Of a stretch of DNA of 64,000 nt, positions 25,233 to 36,563 are shown in pieces (the stretch's first letter is position 1; each line of letters begins with the position of its first letter). Origin of the DNA: a virus. Where the stretch lies: positions 1 through 64,000 of IMG/VR virus record IMGVR_UViG_3300010354_012181; one strand, written 5' to 3'. The position numbers and the translations under genes are program-made. The notes under the pieces are model-generated. The model had not been told where the DNA came from. It did not search any database and saw only the letters and a program-made list of their open reading frames with translations.

Positions 25233-26123
25233 ATGTTTAAAAATGATTGGGCTCATTATTCTTACGATGGAATAAAAAACTCTTATAGAATTTCCAATAG
25301 AAGTCTTTTTGATTTTTCTTGCTCGATTAAAAATACTTCTATAAGTCACAAATCTGTACTCAATGATCTGGCTACAGAGATTTATGAAAAAAATAACAGG
25401 TTAGATATATTGTTATCTGGTGGGCTCAATTCTCAAATAATCGTTAAAACTTATAAAGAATTAGGTATTCCTGTTAATGTAAAAATATTTTCCTACGAAA
25501 ACGACATTAATTTACATTGGGATGTGGCTGCAGCTTTAAAATTTTGCCAAGATCAAAAAATCAAATATACTAAAATTGATTTTAACTTAAAAAAATTTTT
25601 TGAATTAGAAGCCGAACATTATTTTAAAAAATCTCTTAATACAGATGTTAGTAAACTGCCTTTGTTAAAAATGATAGAATATTGCGACAATATGCCTGTA
25701 CTGGGAACTGCTTATCCTTTAATTACCAGATCAAATTTTTTCTATGATACACCTGCTACTTGGGATTTAAGGATTTTAGAATCTGAAATTAATATTTTGG
25801 GTTATTCTCAAAAAATTAATAGGCCAGTAATATCTAATTGGTTTTTGTATGATTCTAATTTTTTATCTAGCTTGATCAATCATAGCGCAATGCAGGATTT
25901 AATTAAAGATAAAAATACAGGTTGTACCTCAAATTTTGAAATTCGATCCAAAATTTATGATTTAAAAATAAATCGAGTAAGCCAATCCGGATTAGAGTGG
26001 GAATCGAATAATTGGCTTTTTCCAGATTTTGTTAATGATTTTTATCACAAAGTCATCTCTAGTTCGATTCAATCAAAGATGAAAGTTGTAAAAATTAAAA
26101 ATTTTACAGATCAAGTATCTTGA
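25233..26123 (+). CDS. PP-loop (adenine nucleotide alpha-hydrolase/asparagine synthase-like) protein
   Basis: ILLSGGLNSQ. Confidence 0.7.
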   Translation: MFKNDWAHYSYDGIKNSYRISNRSLFDFSCSIKNTSISHKSVLNDLATEIYEKNNRLDILLSGGLNSQIIVKTYKELGIPVNVKIFSYENDINLHWDVAAALKFCQDQKIKYTKIDFNLKKFFELEAEHYFKKSLNTDVSKLPLLKMIEYCDNMPVLGTAYPLITRSNFFYDTPATWDLRILESEINILGYSQKINRPVISNWFLYDSNFLSSLINHSAMQDLIKDKNTGCTSNFEIRSKIYDLKINRVSQSGLEWESNNWLFPDFVNDFYHKVISSSIQSKMKVVKIKNFTDQVS

Positions 26124-27261
26124 ATCCTTTAGTGTAGGTTTCACTTAATATAGATCCTTTAGGATTAGATAATAGATATCTGTCGTCTATCTGTGAAAAT
26201 ATATTTTTAACAGCAATATTAAAGTTATTTTTTAATAAATCAAATTCATTATTTTCAAACATCCAAAAATAAACATCATCTAGTAAAGGTTTAGGTTTTC
26301 CCGCTTGGAAAATATTATTATTCCAAGTATCCTGATAAAGGATTTTTTTCTGTATTAGTCTCAAAGACTCTTTTTTGTTCTTCAGCGTATCTGATTGAGG
26401 ATTTATACTGTCTAAATTTATACAGTCAAATAATTTATTTTCCTTAATAAATTTCGCTGTTTGATAAGCCTGTTCCATTGGTAATAAAGGAAAGTCAGGA
26501 GTCCAATAAAAAAATTCTGTATTAAAATTGTCAATGCCCGAAGGAAATAAAGTATTTTCTATGAGAATATCTACAAATACAAGGTCTATGCTTTTCAATC
26601 CTAAATTTAAAATTGGTTTATCAGTTCCAAAAATATGACCTTCTTTTTTTCTAGTATTAAGATTCGTATACAAATCTCGATTCAAACGCTGAACAAACGA
26701 AGCGAATGACCCTTTGTACATTTTTAAATTATAGAATTCTTGTTCTAAGGTTTCTACTTTTATTTTTTGTCTATCTATATTTTCAGTATATTCGATAAAT
26801 GAGATTTTTATTTCAGGATGATCAGAATATAGTTTATCTAATTGAGGTTTGATAGCAAAATCCCATTCACTTACTGTATTTTTTGCCGATGAATCTTTGT
26901 TATTCGGAATATATAATTTTCCATCCTTTAACGGTTTAGGCCATTTTACTCTTAACTCATCTAGTTTAATTTTATTATCTATAAATGTTCTTAGAATATT
27001 ATGACTATCTGCTCCGCCTGAGTAATAAAGAATAAGATAGTCATAAGTATCTCTTAACTGTTCCGCCCTTTGTCTGTACAGTTCGTTTAATGAATATTTT
27101 CCTAATAAATTTCTGTCAAATGATTCCCACATATGATCGTGAAAATAAAATCTAAGATATGAATTGGTTTTAGATGCATAAATCATTGCATCTACTTTGT
27201 TATCAAAGGCCAGCCCACCTACTAGCCAACAACCATTTTTTTTATTTAGAATATTCAACAT
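26104..27261 (-). CDS. PP-loop (AANH-like) protein
   Basis: RAEQLRDTYDYLILYYSGGADSHNIL; paralog of 30045-31214. Confidence 0.75.
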   Translation of the reverse strand: MLNILNKKNGCWLVGGLAFDNKVDAMIYASKTNSYLRFYFHDHMWESFDRNLLGKYSLNELYRQRAEQLRDTYDYLILYYSGGADSHNILRTFIDNKIKLDELRVKWPKPLKDGKLYIPNNKDSSAKNTVSEWDFAIKPQLDKLYSDHPEIKISFIEYTENIDRQKIKVETLEQEFYNLKMYKGSFASFVQRLNRDLYTNLNTRKKEGHIFGTDKPILNLGLKSIDLVFVDILIENTLFPSGIDNFNTEFFYWTPDFPLLPMEQAYQTAKFIKENKLFDCINLDSINPQSDTLKNKKESLRLIQKKILYQDTWNNNIFQAGKPKPLLDDVYFWMFENNEFDLLKNNFNIAVKNIFSQIDDRYLLSNPKGSILSETYTKGFKILDL

Positions 27262-27291
27262 AGATATATACAGAAGTAAGATATTTATTTT

Positions 27292-28191
27292 ATGAAATTA
27301 ATCCTAATTATTATTTTCTTTTTTGTATCTATTAATTTGGCAATAGGTAGTGAAATAGAATTTACTGTCCATCACGGTCCAGGCGGACCTAGTGATAAAT
27401 TAACTAGACTTTTAGTTGCTCAAATGCCAAAAAAATACCTACCTGTTAATCGTCCGGGGGCACAGGGAAGAATTGCTGTTAGACATCTATTGAACAATAA
27501 TGCTATTATGATAGCCACAACTGCACAGATTTTTGTCACTAATTTTATAGATAATGATATGTCTGTTTATAAACAAGATGATTTAGAAATAATATATGTA
27601 GTCGGTATAATGCCTAGTGTTTTGGTGTGCAATAATAAATTAGGATTTAAAACTTATAAGGAATTTATAGCAAATAATCGGTCACTTTCTTTTGGAGTGG
27701 CTGGATACGGAAGTTCGGAACATCTAGCAACTGAAATTTTATTTAAAGAATTTAAAAATAATCATGTAATTATTCCTTACCCGCAAGGAGGCGCACACAG
27801 TTTAAATGATTTACTTAGTGGACACATAGATTGTATGTTTGCAAACTATCCATTAGTTAAAGAACATATTAAGGATGGCACAAAGATTACCACGTTAATG
27901 TCTAGTCATGATCTTAAATTACCAATACCAACGTGGCAACAAATAAACAAAACATCGTTTCCTTATCAAAGTTACCTTGCTATAGTTGCTAATAAAAAAA
28001 TGCTATCAGAATTACAAAAAGATATTATAAATGATCTGAACAATTCATATTCAGATAAATTAAAAGAAGATTTGATACAGGTTGGTATTTTTCCAATTAT
28101 GTCAAAAGACAAAAATTCAATTTTAGAAGTATATCGAGATAACGATAAATTAAAATCTTTTTTACTAAAAAATAATATTAAGATAAATTGA
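27292..28191 (+). CDS. tctC: Bug/TctC tripartite tricarboxylate transporter solute-binding protein
   Basis: PGGPSD..R, NRPGAQG, G.GSSEHL, IPYPQGG...DLLSGHID. Confidence 0.8.
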   Translation: MKLILIIIFFFVSINLAIGSEIEFTVHHGPGGPSDKLTRLLVAQMPKKYLPVNRPGAQGRIAVRHLLNNNAIMIATTAQIFVTNFIDNDMSVYKQDDLEIIYVVGIMPSVLVCNNKLGFKTYKEFIANNRSLSFGVAGYGSSEHLATEILFKEFKNNHVIIPYPQGGAHSLNDLLSGHIDCMFANYPLVKEHIKDGTKITTLMSSHDLKLPIPTWQQINKTSFPYQSYLAIVANKKMLSELQKDIINDLNNSYSDKLKEDLIQVGIFPIMSKDKNSILEVYRDNDKLKSFLLKNNIKIN

Positions 28192-29099
28192 TAAAACATC
28201 AAGATTTTTTTCATACTAGATATCCTATCGTATGTGCCTCTATGAATAGAGTTAGCGATGTCAAATTAGCTGTGGCTTGTTATCATGCAGATATACTGCC
28301 AAGTTTTACAGTTTATAATTGGATTCAAAAAGACTTTCAATTTTCTTTTGATTTTGTTCAAGCAGACAAAGATTTAAAAGAGTTTCAAGATAAAACTGGA
28401 TCAAATAATTTAATGCTTTCAATAGGAACTGCCGAAATAGGAATTCCGCAAATGGTCGATTTAATATTAAAGAATAAAATAAAATTCCTTGAAATTTTTG
28501 GTAGAGAGGACGAAGGTTTAAAAAGTATTTCCGCTCACGATTATGAGATCTATGACATTTATAAAAAAAATGATATAAAAATTATTCCAAAACAGTTGTC
28601 AGGAAAACACGCTAATAACATAGGAATGGATGCTATATTATTAAAGGGTAGAGATGGCGCAGGAAGAAGTTTAAGTTATATTGATATTGATACTGAAATT
28701 ATAAACATACTTGGAAAATACCCAACGTTGCCTATAATAATATCTGGTGGTATAGGCAATGCCGGGGACATAAAAAAATATATGAGTATGGGCTGTATGT
28801 CTGTAGCGATAGGAACACTTTTTGCTGCCAGCGAAGAGAGTTGTTTAAGTTTGGAAACTAAAAAGAAAATGGTCGAGGCAAGCAGTACTGATATTTCTAG
28901 ACTCTCCACTGGTGCTCAACAGAATGCTTTAGTTTTTCGCAAAATGGATTGGCAGGATGATTTTAATAATACTAGGTCTTTAATGCAAGGAATAATAAAT
29001 CCAGAGGCAGGCCATGTTTTTGCAGGGAAAGGAATAAACGATGTAAAATCTATTATGCCGGTAAAGGATATAGTTCAACAATTAGTAGAAGGTTTGTGA
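28188..29099 (+). CDS. Nitronate monooxygenase-family flavoprotein
   Basis: YPIVCASM...KGRDGAG...IIISGGIG...IGTLFAASEES...FAGKG. Confidence 0.8.
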   Translation: MIKHQDFFHTRYPIVCASMNRVSDVKLAVACYHADILPSFTVYNWIQKDFQFSFDFVQADKDLKEFQDKTGSNNLMLSIGTAEIGIPQMVDLILKNKIKFLEIFGREDEGLKSISAHDYEIYDIYKKNDIKIIPKQLSGKHANNIGMDAILLKGRDGAGRSLSYIDIDTEIINILGKYPTLPIIISGGIGNAGDIKKYMSMGCMSVAIGTLFAASEESCLSLETKKKMVEASSTDISRLSTGAQQNALVFRKMDWQDDFNNTRSLMQGIINPEAGHVFAGKGINDVKSIMPVKDIVQQLVEGL

Positions 29100-29998
29100 A
29101 TAGTCTGGTAGAATCTTTTAGTTTCATTAGTAGTTGTAAGTAAAAAATTTAAAAAAGGTTTCAACGGAATCATAAGAGCGTGTTCTTTGATTTTTAATTC
29201 TGTAAGCATAAAAGGTATATTTTCAAATCCAGCCCACTTTGGAAAATATAAAAGTTCATCTTTCCAATATTTTCCGTATATTAAAGGTTTAATATAATAA
29301 TCCCATCTATCTGTGGTGTCTAAGTATACGTGAGGAAATTCCGGACCCTTTGTTAACCCATTACCTTTAAAATATGGCCACGAATAGATACAGGACCACA
29401 GAACCTCTTCACTTAATATACTGGATAAGAATTCGCTAGTGTCACCAAAAAATATAAATTTGCCTTTTCTATTTAATAATTCAAAAGCTCTATGTCTAAC
29501 CATTTCAAAAGAATTGTATCCTTGAAACCAATAAGGTTCATTTTGCGGGGTTATATGTACATATGGATCATGAACCATCTGTACAAAGTCATAATCGTCT
29601 GGTAATAAACTTAAAAACTTTTTTTGTAAAATTGAGTTTATTTGTATGTCGTATAATTCTGCTTCTTCTTCCAACTCGTCTTTGATCTTTAAAACATTAA
29701 TATCTATGATGTGCGCCTTTATGTTATATTTGTCTTCAACTAATTTTAAATTTTTGTATTCGTGATCGTTGAATCCCGGAAGGTACAAAAATGCACATTC
29801 AACAGGTATATCTTGTTGTTGAAAACTCAACAACATACTTTGGCTATCAATACCGCCACTAAGACTTAGCATAATTTTTTTACTAGTTTGTCCAATTTCT
29901 AATGCTCGTTTATCTGACTCTTCCCTCATGTTTCCAGGCGACCATCTACAGGATTGATATTCTATCCACCATTTTCCATTATCGAAACCATAAATCAT
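29075..29998 (-). CDS. PP-loop (AANH-like) protein
   Basis: MLSLSGGIDSQ. Confidence 0.7.
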   Translation of the reverse strand: MIYGFDNGKWWIEYQSCRWSPGNMREESDKRALEIGQTSKKIMLSLSGGIDSQSMLLSFQQQDIPVECAFLYLPGFNDHEYKNLKLVEDKYNIKAHIIDINVLKIKDELEEEAELYDIQINSILQKKFLSLLPDDYDFVQMVHDPYVHITPQNEPYWFQGYNSFEMVRHRAFELLNRKGKFIFFGDTSEFLSSILSEEVLWSCIYSWPYFKGNGLTKGPEFPHVYLDTTDRWDYYIKPLIYGKYWKDELLYFPKWAGFENIPFMLTELKIKEHALMIPLKPFLNFLLTTTNETKRFYQTIHKPSTNC

Positions 29999-30044
29999 AA
30001 AGTGCCCTTATTTTTGTGTTAAATATTTACTCAAAGGTGTACTG

Positions 30045-31214
30045 ATGATTAATGTAATTGATGAAAAACTAGGGTACTATCATGCAGGCGGACAAAAATT
30101 TAGTTCAAAAATTGCCGCAGCCTTACATTCTATAAAAACAAATACAAAATTACATTGGAATTTCAATGATGAAATTTTTAGCAAACATGATTGGTCAAAA
30201 GAACCTTTGTCAACATTAGACGAATTGTATGACGCTAGGTCTAGAGAACTACGAGAAAAATACGATTATCTGATTTTAAGTTATAGCGGAGGATCAGATA
30301 GTCATAACATACTAATGAGCTTTATTAGACAAGGACTTCATTTAGATGAAATAATAATAAATCATATGAATAAGGCCAATGACCAATTCACTGATTTGAA
30401 TCCTACTAATAAAAATAGCACAAACGCAGCAGCCGAATTTCATCTTCAAACATTGCCAAGATTAAAAGAAGTTGAAAATTTAATACCTCAAACAAAAATA
30501 ACTATTTTAGATTTAACTGATTATCTTTTTCAATCATTAGAAAAAATAGGTGATGCTAGTTGGGTGCTAGATAAAAAAGAGCAGGTTAACATAGCAGGTA
30601 TGACACGGTTTAATTATATTTTCTTCGATGACATAAGAAAGAATTTTGATAAGGGACGAAAATTAGGTTTAATTACAGGTTTAGAAAAACCCAGATCGTT
30701 TATAGAAAACGGAGAGTATCATTTGCTTTTTACAGATAGACCTGCTAACATCATAACAGTTAAAGAACATATGCATGAATATACAAACTGTTCTGTAGAA
30801 ATGTTCTACTGGAGTCCTAGTCCTATAGCAATACAAATTATGACTAAACAGGCTCATACAATTAAAAAATATTTAGAAATGTTTCCACAAAAACAAGAAC
30901 TGTGGAAAATAGAAAGACTTCATAGTGGTACAATGATTAGGATCATACACGAAAGGATTTTGCGTACATTGTTGTATACTACTTGGGACAATAATTGGTA
31001 CCAGGCCGATAAAGCTATTAAAGACTGGCATAGTGAATTTGACCAATGGTTTTTTGATCATTATACTGATACAAAAACTTTTCATATTTGGAAAGAAGGC
31101 ATAGATTACTTAAAAAATAATCTTTCCTCTTTAATAAAATACGATGACAATACAGCAGATGGATTAGTTCCATTTCATAAAAAATACAAAGTAGGACCTA
31201 TTAAAAGATATTAA
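30045..31214 (+). CDS. PP-loop (AANH-like) protein
   Basis: LREKYDYLILSYSGGSDSHNIL. Confidence 0.75.
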   Translation: MINVIDEKLGYYHAGGQKFSSKIAAALHSIKTNTKLHWNFNDEIFSKHDWSKEPLSTLDELYDARSRELREKYDYLILSYSGGSDSHNILMSFIRQGLHLDEIIINHMNKANDQFTDLNPTNKNSTNAAAEFHLQTLPRLKEVENLIPQTKITILDLTDYLFQSLEKIGDASWVLDKKEQVNIAGMTRFNYIFFDDIRKNFDKGRKLGLITGLEKPRSFIENGEYHLLFTDRPANIITVKEHMHEYTNCSVEMFYWSPSPIAIQIMTKQAHTIKKYLEMFPQKQELWKIERLHSGTMIRIIHERILRTLLYTTWDNNWYQADKAIKDWHSEFDQWFFDHYTDTKTFHIWKEGIDYLKNNLSSLIKYDDNTADGLVPFHKKYKVGPIKRY

Positions 31215-31216
31215 AA

Positions 31217-32047
31217 ATGAATAATATTAATAGTAAATATCCTAAAGTTTTTACGCACAAAGGTGTATTCAAAAATAATAACTTTTATGGCAGCAGTCAA
31301 TTTGTCATAAACAAAGACCTACAACTGTTTTCTAATAGATGTCCGCATAGGGGTAATAAGATCATATCTCCGGGAACTGTTAAGCAAGAATTTAAGTGCG
31401 GACTTCACGGTTGGCAATGGAACGAAAATGGATCACCTATTAATAATTCTGTAAATTTAAGATCAACTTATGCTACTTTGGGGGGAAGCGGGTTAATATA
31501 TTTAGATTGGAATGAGCCGTCATCGGCGAAATGGGTTCATGATCTTTCTTCCGATGATTTACAATTTGATCACTGCATCAAAAAACATGGGCATGGAGAT
31601 TGGCGATGGCAGATGGAAATGCATGTAGATTTATTACACGTTCAATTTATACATCCATTGTTAAACAATTACGTTGATTGTAATAAATTAATTTCAGAAA
31701 AGGGGTACGACTGGATAGCACAATATCATGATCACGGATGGTGGTTGTTTATCTATCCCTTTACTCATATCGAATGGGAACCTGGATGCTTGTACTTTAG
31801 TGAAATGGTGCCGAGAGAAAATAATCTAGGTTATGACGTTTTTATACATTATCTTTTTTCTCCTAAAATTTCTGAAGAAAAAAAACGAGATTTTTCTATG
31901 ATGGCCGAAATCACCTTCGATGAAGATATTAACGCTGTAAACGAGATTTCAAGCACATCAAAATATAGAATGCCTAGTAATGCGAAACATCCGTTAGAGC
32001 AAGATATAATTCATTTCTATAAATGGTTGGAGGACAATACCGAATGA
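31217..32047 (+). CDS. Rieske [2Fe-2S] oxygenase-like protein
   Basis: CPHRG...CGLHGW Rieske motif; DLLHVQFIHP mononuclear iron motif. Confidence 0.85.
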   Translation: MNNINSKYPKVFTHKGVFKNNNFYGSSQFVINKDLQLFSNRCPHRGNKIISPGTVKQEFKCGLHGWQWNENGSPINNSVNLRSTYATLGGSGLIYLDWNEPSSAKWVHDLSSDDLQFDHCIKKHGHGDWRWQMEMHVDLLHVQFIHPLLNNYVDCNKLISEKGYDWIAQYHDHGWWLFIYPFTHIEWEPGCLYFSEMVPRENNLGYDVFIHYLFSPKISEEKKRDFSMMAEITFDEDINAVNEISSTSKYRMPSNAKHPLEQDIIHFYKWLEDNTE

Positions 32048-32514
32048 GAATAGAAATTGTTGGAAATGAAAGAGATAGAGCAGATAATGAATTAATTATA
32101 AAACACAGTGATCTTCTTTCCTATACACCGGCCTATAGTTTTTTTCTTAAGGAAATGGCTAATTTAATCGATTCCGGCAATCATATTGGATATACTTATT
32201 GGGATGATAAAAATTGCGGAATTATTTGGGCAGAAAACGTTGATAATAAAGTTGTAGGAATTTTAGTATATGATCGATCATTTACTAAAAGTAGAATACC
32301 TTGTCTTTATATAGTTCTTACTGCGGTTGATATTAATTATAGACAGTTAGGTATACATATAATTATGAACAAATATTTTGAGAGACAGGTACAGAAACTA
32401 AATTGCCAAGGAATAAAATCTGAAATAAGTTTAAAAAATAAAATACGATTACTTACAGCAGAGAGAGATCAATTAGTTCCATATGCATTTGTTGTTTCTA
32501 AAAAAATATCATGA
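32044..32514 (+). CDS. GNAT-like acetyltransferase
   Basis: AVDINYRQLGI acetyl-CoA motif A. Confidence 0.7.
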   Translation: MRIEIVGNERDRADNELIIKHSDLLSYTPAYSFFLKEMANLIDSGNHIGYTYWDDKNCGIIWAENVDNKVVGILVYDRSFTKSRIPCLYIVLTAVDINYRQLGIHIIMNKYFERQVQKLNCQGIKSEISLKNKIRLLTAERDQLVPYAFVVSKKIS

Positions 32515-32948
32515 CAATTAAAGAAAATATAAAATTAGTTGAAAGCGATATCTATTCGATCTTGAAAAATAAAGTAAAAGAGCGTATAGAATACCTAATA
32601 AATTTAGGATACAGCGAAAATCTTGCTAGATTTTTTACTGATATAGATGAGGATAATACTGCCGTAATTTGGAATGATGATAAAAATTCTATTACTGCTA
32701 TACTTTGTTATACGATTAATGATATAGATAAAGGCGGGGTATTAATTAATTTTAGTTACGCCAAAGATGCTGTTAGTTTAGAACAAGTTTATAATTATTT
32801 TGAAAAAAAAGTAAAGGCATTAAGATGCGTTTATATAAACGAACACGTTCCTATTAAAGATCATAGACGGCTTACTGAATTGGAAAATTTAAGTTTCGAA
32901 AAAAAATATTATCTATTGTTCAAAAGAGTGCAAAATGTTACGCTATAA
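32511..32948 (+). CDS. Degenerate GNAT-like protein
   Basis: Similar layout to the preceding ORF (IW..D...ITAILCY...YFEKKVKALRC). Confidence 0.5.
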   Translation: MTIKENIKLVESDIYSILKNKVKERIEYLINLGYSENLARFFTDIDEDNTAVIWNDDKNSITAILCYTINDIDKGGVLINFSYAKDAVSLEQVYNYFEKKVKALRCVYINEHVPIKDHRRLTELENLSFEKKYYLLFKRVQNVTL

Positions 32949-33885
32949 AAATTGGATGTCCTATAAGTTTGACGATGGTATTTTGTTAGGACCCAAAAAA
33001 ACGAAACAATCGATATTCAAGTTAGAATTTTCTAAAAATATCGACTGCAAAGAAATGGATTACTTTTCTGCCTTAGAATATAATGCACGAATGGTTGCCG
33101 ATAATTATCCACAACCCTTTGATGTTTTATTATCGGGCGGAATAGATAGCGAAGTAATAGTTAGAATGAATCACAAATTAGGAATAAAACAAAATGTTTA
33201 TACCTTTAGATTAGAAAATGATTATAATATAAAAGATGTGCTGTCTTCTCAGATAATATGTAATGATTTAAATATTGATCTTAAAATTATAGATTGGAAC
33301 CTACAAAAATGGATAGAAAATGATGCCGAATCAGTTTATAAAAAAACCTACTCTCCATTGATAGAAAGAATGGTGCGGTTTGATTGGTTAAAATACTTTG
33401 ATAATATAATAGTAATGGGAGAAGGAGAACCTTATTGGAGAAGAGATTTTTCTGATGATTATAATAAGAAATCACACTGGCATCTGCACTGGACCGAAGA
33501 TTATTTTATGACCTCTATATATGCCAATTTGATAGGTCAGACTGTAATGGGAGAATGGTACAATTATACCCCAGAAGTAGTAAAGTCCTTTCATAAAATG
33601 CCTATAGTTAAAAAATTATTGAACGATGAATTTAAAGGTAAACAGAGTTCTTGGAGTATTAGAACAGAAATTCACCAAAAAATTTTTCCGGAAATTAGAC
33701 CAAAATTTAAATTAGTAGGATACGAAGGATTCAATTATCCATTTACGAAACCGGAATTTATGACTACGTTTCAGAAAGAAATAATAGGCGATACTACAAA
33801 CTATGGATATAAATTCCACGAAAGCGATATAGATAATATGTGTGGTGGTCTTGCAGTAGGCGAAGGATGTTGGGTAAAATATTAA
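32935..33885 (+). CDS. PP-loop (AANH-like) protein
   Basis: VLLSGGIDSE; paralog of 25233-26123. Confidence 0.72.
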   Translation: MLRYKNWMSYKFDDGILLGPKKTKQSIFKLEFSKNIDCKEMDYFSALEYNARMVADNYPQPFDVLLSGGIDSEVIVRMNHKLGIKQNVYTFRLENDYNIKDVLSSQIICNDLNIDLKIIDWNLQKWIENDAESVYKKTYSPLIERMVRFDWLKYFDNIIVMGEGEPYWRRDFSDDYNKKSHWHLHWTEDYFMTSIYANLIGQTVMGEWYNYTPEVVKSFHKMPIVKKLLNDEFKGKQSSWSIRTEIHQKIFPEIRPKFKLVGYEGFNYPFTKPEFMTTFQKEIIGDTTNYGYKFHESDIDNMCGGLAVGEGCWVKY

Positions 33886-33886
33886 A

Positions 33887-34438
33887 ATGAAATCTGTAAC
33901 ATGGAAACCCGGAGAAAACAAAGAATTAGATAATTTGTTTGATAAGTTACGAGAACAGCAATATCAAAATCGAAACCATAGACTATGGAAAAATTACAGT
34001 AAAGATGAAATAGAAAAATGGTCTGGTTTGATAGCCTATACTATTTCTTTTGACTATAATGATCAACCGGAATTATGTTCAACTATTTCTAAGAGAAATT
34101 GTTGGCCGGACAATGCCTGCAGAATATTAAACAGGACTTGGAAAGTATCAAATAAAAAACAAATTATGCCCGAAATTAGCCAGGCTATGGGTAAGGCAAC
34201 ATTAAGTCAGATATCTTGGTTAAAAGAAAACACAGATTATCAATTTTATTTTATAAGCAGACAAACTAATAACTGGATGGAATGGGTAACTAAAAATTTT
34301 AAAAGGCAGTTTGACTTAAATTTCAAAATTGCCAAAAATAAATATCTTACATGTTCAAATGAACACGATGATTCTTGTTGGCAAAGTATCATTTACATAG
34401 GGGATGATTCTGTGCTAAAAATCTGGAAAAAGAGATGA
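33887..34438 (+). CDS. Hypothetical protein
   Basis: 183 aa ORF in a tightly packed operon. Confidence 0.75.
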   Translation: MKSVTWKPGENKELDNLFDKLREQQYQNRNHRLWKNYSKDEIEKWSGLIAYTISFDYNDQPELCSTISKRNCWPDNACRILNRTWKVSNKKQIMPEISQAMGKATLSQISWLKENTDYQFYFISRQTNNWMEWVTKNFKRQFDLNFKIAKNKYLTCSNEHDDSCWQSIIYIGDDSVLKIWKKR

Positions 34439-35232
34439 AACAAATAATAAAAAATATATTATCTTTAAAACACCTTTGGGGAGGCATAATCCCTTTACAT
34501 ATTTTTGGAATATATTCCATCTATGTTTTATCCGTAGGATCCGCACCCGACTGGTGGTGGATAGCCACGCTGATTGGATGGTTTTTTATGAAATTCGTAG
34601 GAATAGGGGCTGGATTTCATAGACTTTTCAGTCACAAAGGTTTTGAAGTTAGTAAATTTATGAAAAGATTTATTTTGTTTTGGGGAACTATAGCAGTGCA
34701 AGGAAGTGCTATTTTATGGGTTGGGATACACAGAGGGGCGCACCATAGGCATAGCGACACTGATTTAGACCCACACAGCCCCAAACATGGATTTTGGCAT
34801 AGTTATATTTTGTGGATGTTTACTTTAAAAGAAGGCGAAGTAAGCGTAAGGCAAGTTCCCGATTTGCTGAGAGATACGGATATGGTTTTTACGCACAAGT
34901 ATTATTCAGAAATTTTATGGATAATTTATGGCATAGTTGCTTTAATAAGTTTTGATTTATTTTTATATCTTTTAATATTGCCTGCTCTTATAACTCTACA
35001 TGTATTTTGCCTACAAACAAGTGTAGTTCATTACGAAAAACTTGGATACAGAAATTATGAAACCAAAGATTCAAGCGCCAATATACCTTGGTTATTTCTA
35101 TTGACACAGGGAGAATGTTGGCATAATAATCATCACGGCGATCCAAAAAATCCTAATTATGGAGGAAGGCGTTGGTGGGAATTAGATCCAACTTACTTTG
35201 TTATACGATTAATAAGAACAGATGTTAATTGA
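34435..35232 (+). CDS. Delta-9 acyl-CoA desaturase-like protein
   Basis: HRLFSH, HRGAHH..D...DPHSP, GECWHNNHH, WWELDP. Confidence 0.9.
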   Translation: MKQIIKNILSLKHLWGGIIPLHIFGIYSIYVLSVGSAPDWWWIATLIGWFFMKFVGIGAGFHRLFSHKGFEVSKFMKRFILFWGTIAVQGSAILWVGIHRGAHHRHSDTDLDPHSPKHGFWHSYILWMFTLKEGEVSVRQVPDLLRDTDMVFTHKYYSEILWIIYGIVALISFDLFLYLLILPALITLHVFCLQTSVVHYEKLGYRNYETKDSSANIPWLFLLTQGECWHNNHHGDPKNPNYGGRRWWELDPTYFVIRLIRTDVN

Positions 35233-35854
35233 ATCAAAACTCGACGATAAAAAAATAGTAATAGAATTATTTAAAAATAATAGATATGGTATTATGCTGT
35301 CTGGGGGTTTAGATAGTGCAATTTTACTATCGTTGATTCTCATAGAAAGCCAAAAATCAAAAAGTGCAATAAATTTACAACCGTTTAGTATGATTAAAAA
35401 TGATCATTCATACAAATATGTTAATAATATCATAGACAGAATTAATGATCAATTTAAGTCTACAATCGCACAAACTATATTAATAGGCGATCCATCCATT
35501 AATCATAAAGAACAAAGTTTATATGCAACTAAACAAGTTTTCCGAGAACATAGATATATAGATTTTCTTTTTAATGCTGTAAATCAAAATCCACCTGCTC
35601 CTTGGGGTGAACCCCATTATCTATTTCCAGATAGAGTAAAAGAATCTCCTCACCCTAAAATCATTATGCCATTTGTGCATTTAACAAAAAAACACATAGT
35701 CGATATAATGTTTCAATATAATTTAGAATTTTTATGCGACATTACACACTCCTGCACTGAGTATAAAATTGGCAGATGTAATCTTTGTTTTCAATGCAAT
35801 GAAAGAAAATGGGCTTTTGAAGAGTTAGAAAAAGTAGATTCAGGTACTTTATGA
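35222..35854 (+). CDS. QueC-like PP-loop ATPase
   Basis: MLSGGLDSA; C-terminal THSC...CNLCFQC..R zinc motif. Confidence 0.7.
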   Translation: MLIESKLDDKKIVIELFKNNRYGIMLSGGLDSAILLSLILIESQKSKSAINLQPFSMIKNDHSYKYVNNIIDRINDQFKSTIAQTILIGDPSINHKEQSLYATKQVFREHRYIDFLFNAVNQNPPAPWGEPHYLFPDRVKESPHPKIIMPFVHLTKKHIVDIMFQYNLEFLCDITHSCTEYKIGRCNLCFQCNERKWAFEELEKVDSGTL

Positions 35855-35867
35855 GACTATATACGAT

Positions 35868-36563
35868 ATGAAAATACCATTGGGAATTAGCGGACAGCCG
35901 GCACATTATGATTCGGAAAATGTCAGTGCAGAGGACGTCAAAAACGAATTAGCTTTATTAAGTATTGGAGATTTCGAACCCCTTAATATAAGAATTGATT
36001 GTAACAATTTACTAGAACAACTATCGGAATATGATAATGATTGGCAGGAATATTTGCCAAGAACCGACAGACCTAACAACAGATATGGTTTGACACTAAC
36101 AACTATACCAGGAAAAACACACAAAGATGCTCCTAGTTTGGCAGAAGCAAGTTATGCTGCAGGTCGCAGATTAAGTGAATTAGAATTTAATAATAAAACT
36201 GATGTTTATGAATCCTGTTCGGCGTTGCAGCCTTTATTCGAGAAATTTCCGCAGATTGGAAGAACCTTTTTCGTTAAGTCTAATATAGGAGGCTATTTTG
36301 TTCCTCATAGAGATCATCCTGCTATTCCGAGAGATGTTTTTAGACTTATTGTATTTGTAAAAAATTGTGGACCATTGGATTATGATTGGTTAATGGACGA
36401 TAGAAAATTACAGATCGAACATGGTAGAGTATATTATGTTAACACTAGAAAAACTCATAGAACAATAAGTTGGGTCAACGATAGTATACATCTAATATTG
36501 AACGTGGCTTGTAATGGTGATAATATTAGTAAAGTTATTGCTAATTTACAACATACTCACTAA
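35868..36563 (+). CDS. Asp/Asn beta-hydroxylase-like 2OG-Fe(II) protein
   Basis: PHRDH...GRVYYVNTRKTH...IHLILN. Confidence 0.7.
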   Translation: MKIPLGISGQPAHYDSENVSAEDVKNELALLSIGDFEPLNIRIDCNNLLEQLSEYDNDWQEYLPRTDRPNNRYGLTLTTIPGKTHKDAPSLAEASYAAGRRLSELEFNNKTDVYESCSALQPLFEKFPQIGRTFFVKSNIGGYFVPHRDHPAIPRDVFRLIVFVKNCGPLDYDWLMDDRKLQIEHGRVYYVNTRKTHRTISWVNDSIHLILNVACNGDNISKVIANLQHTH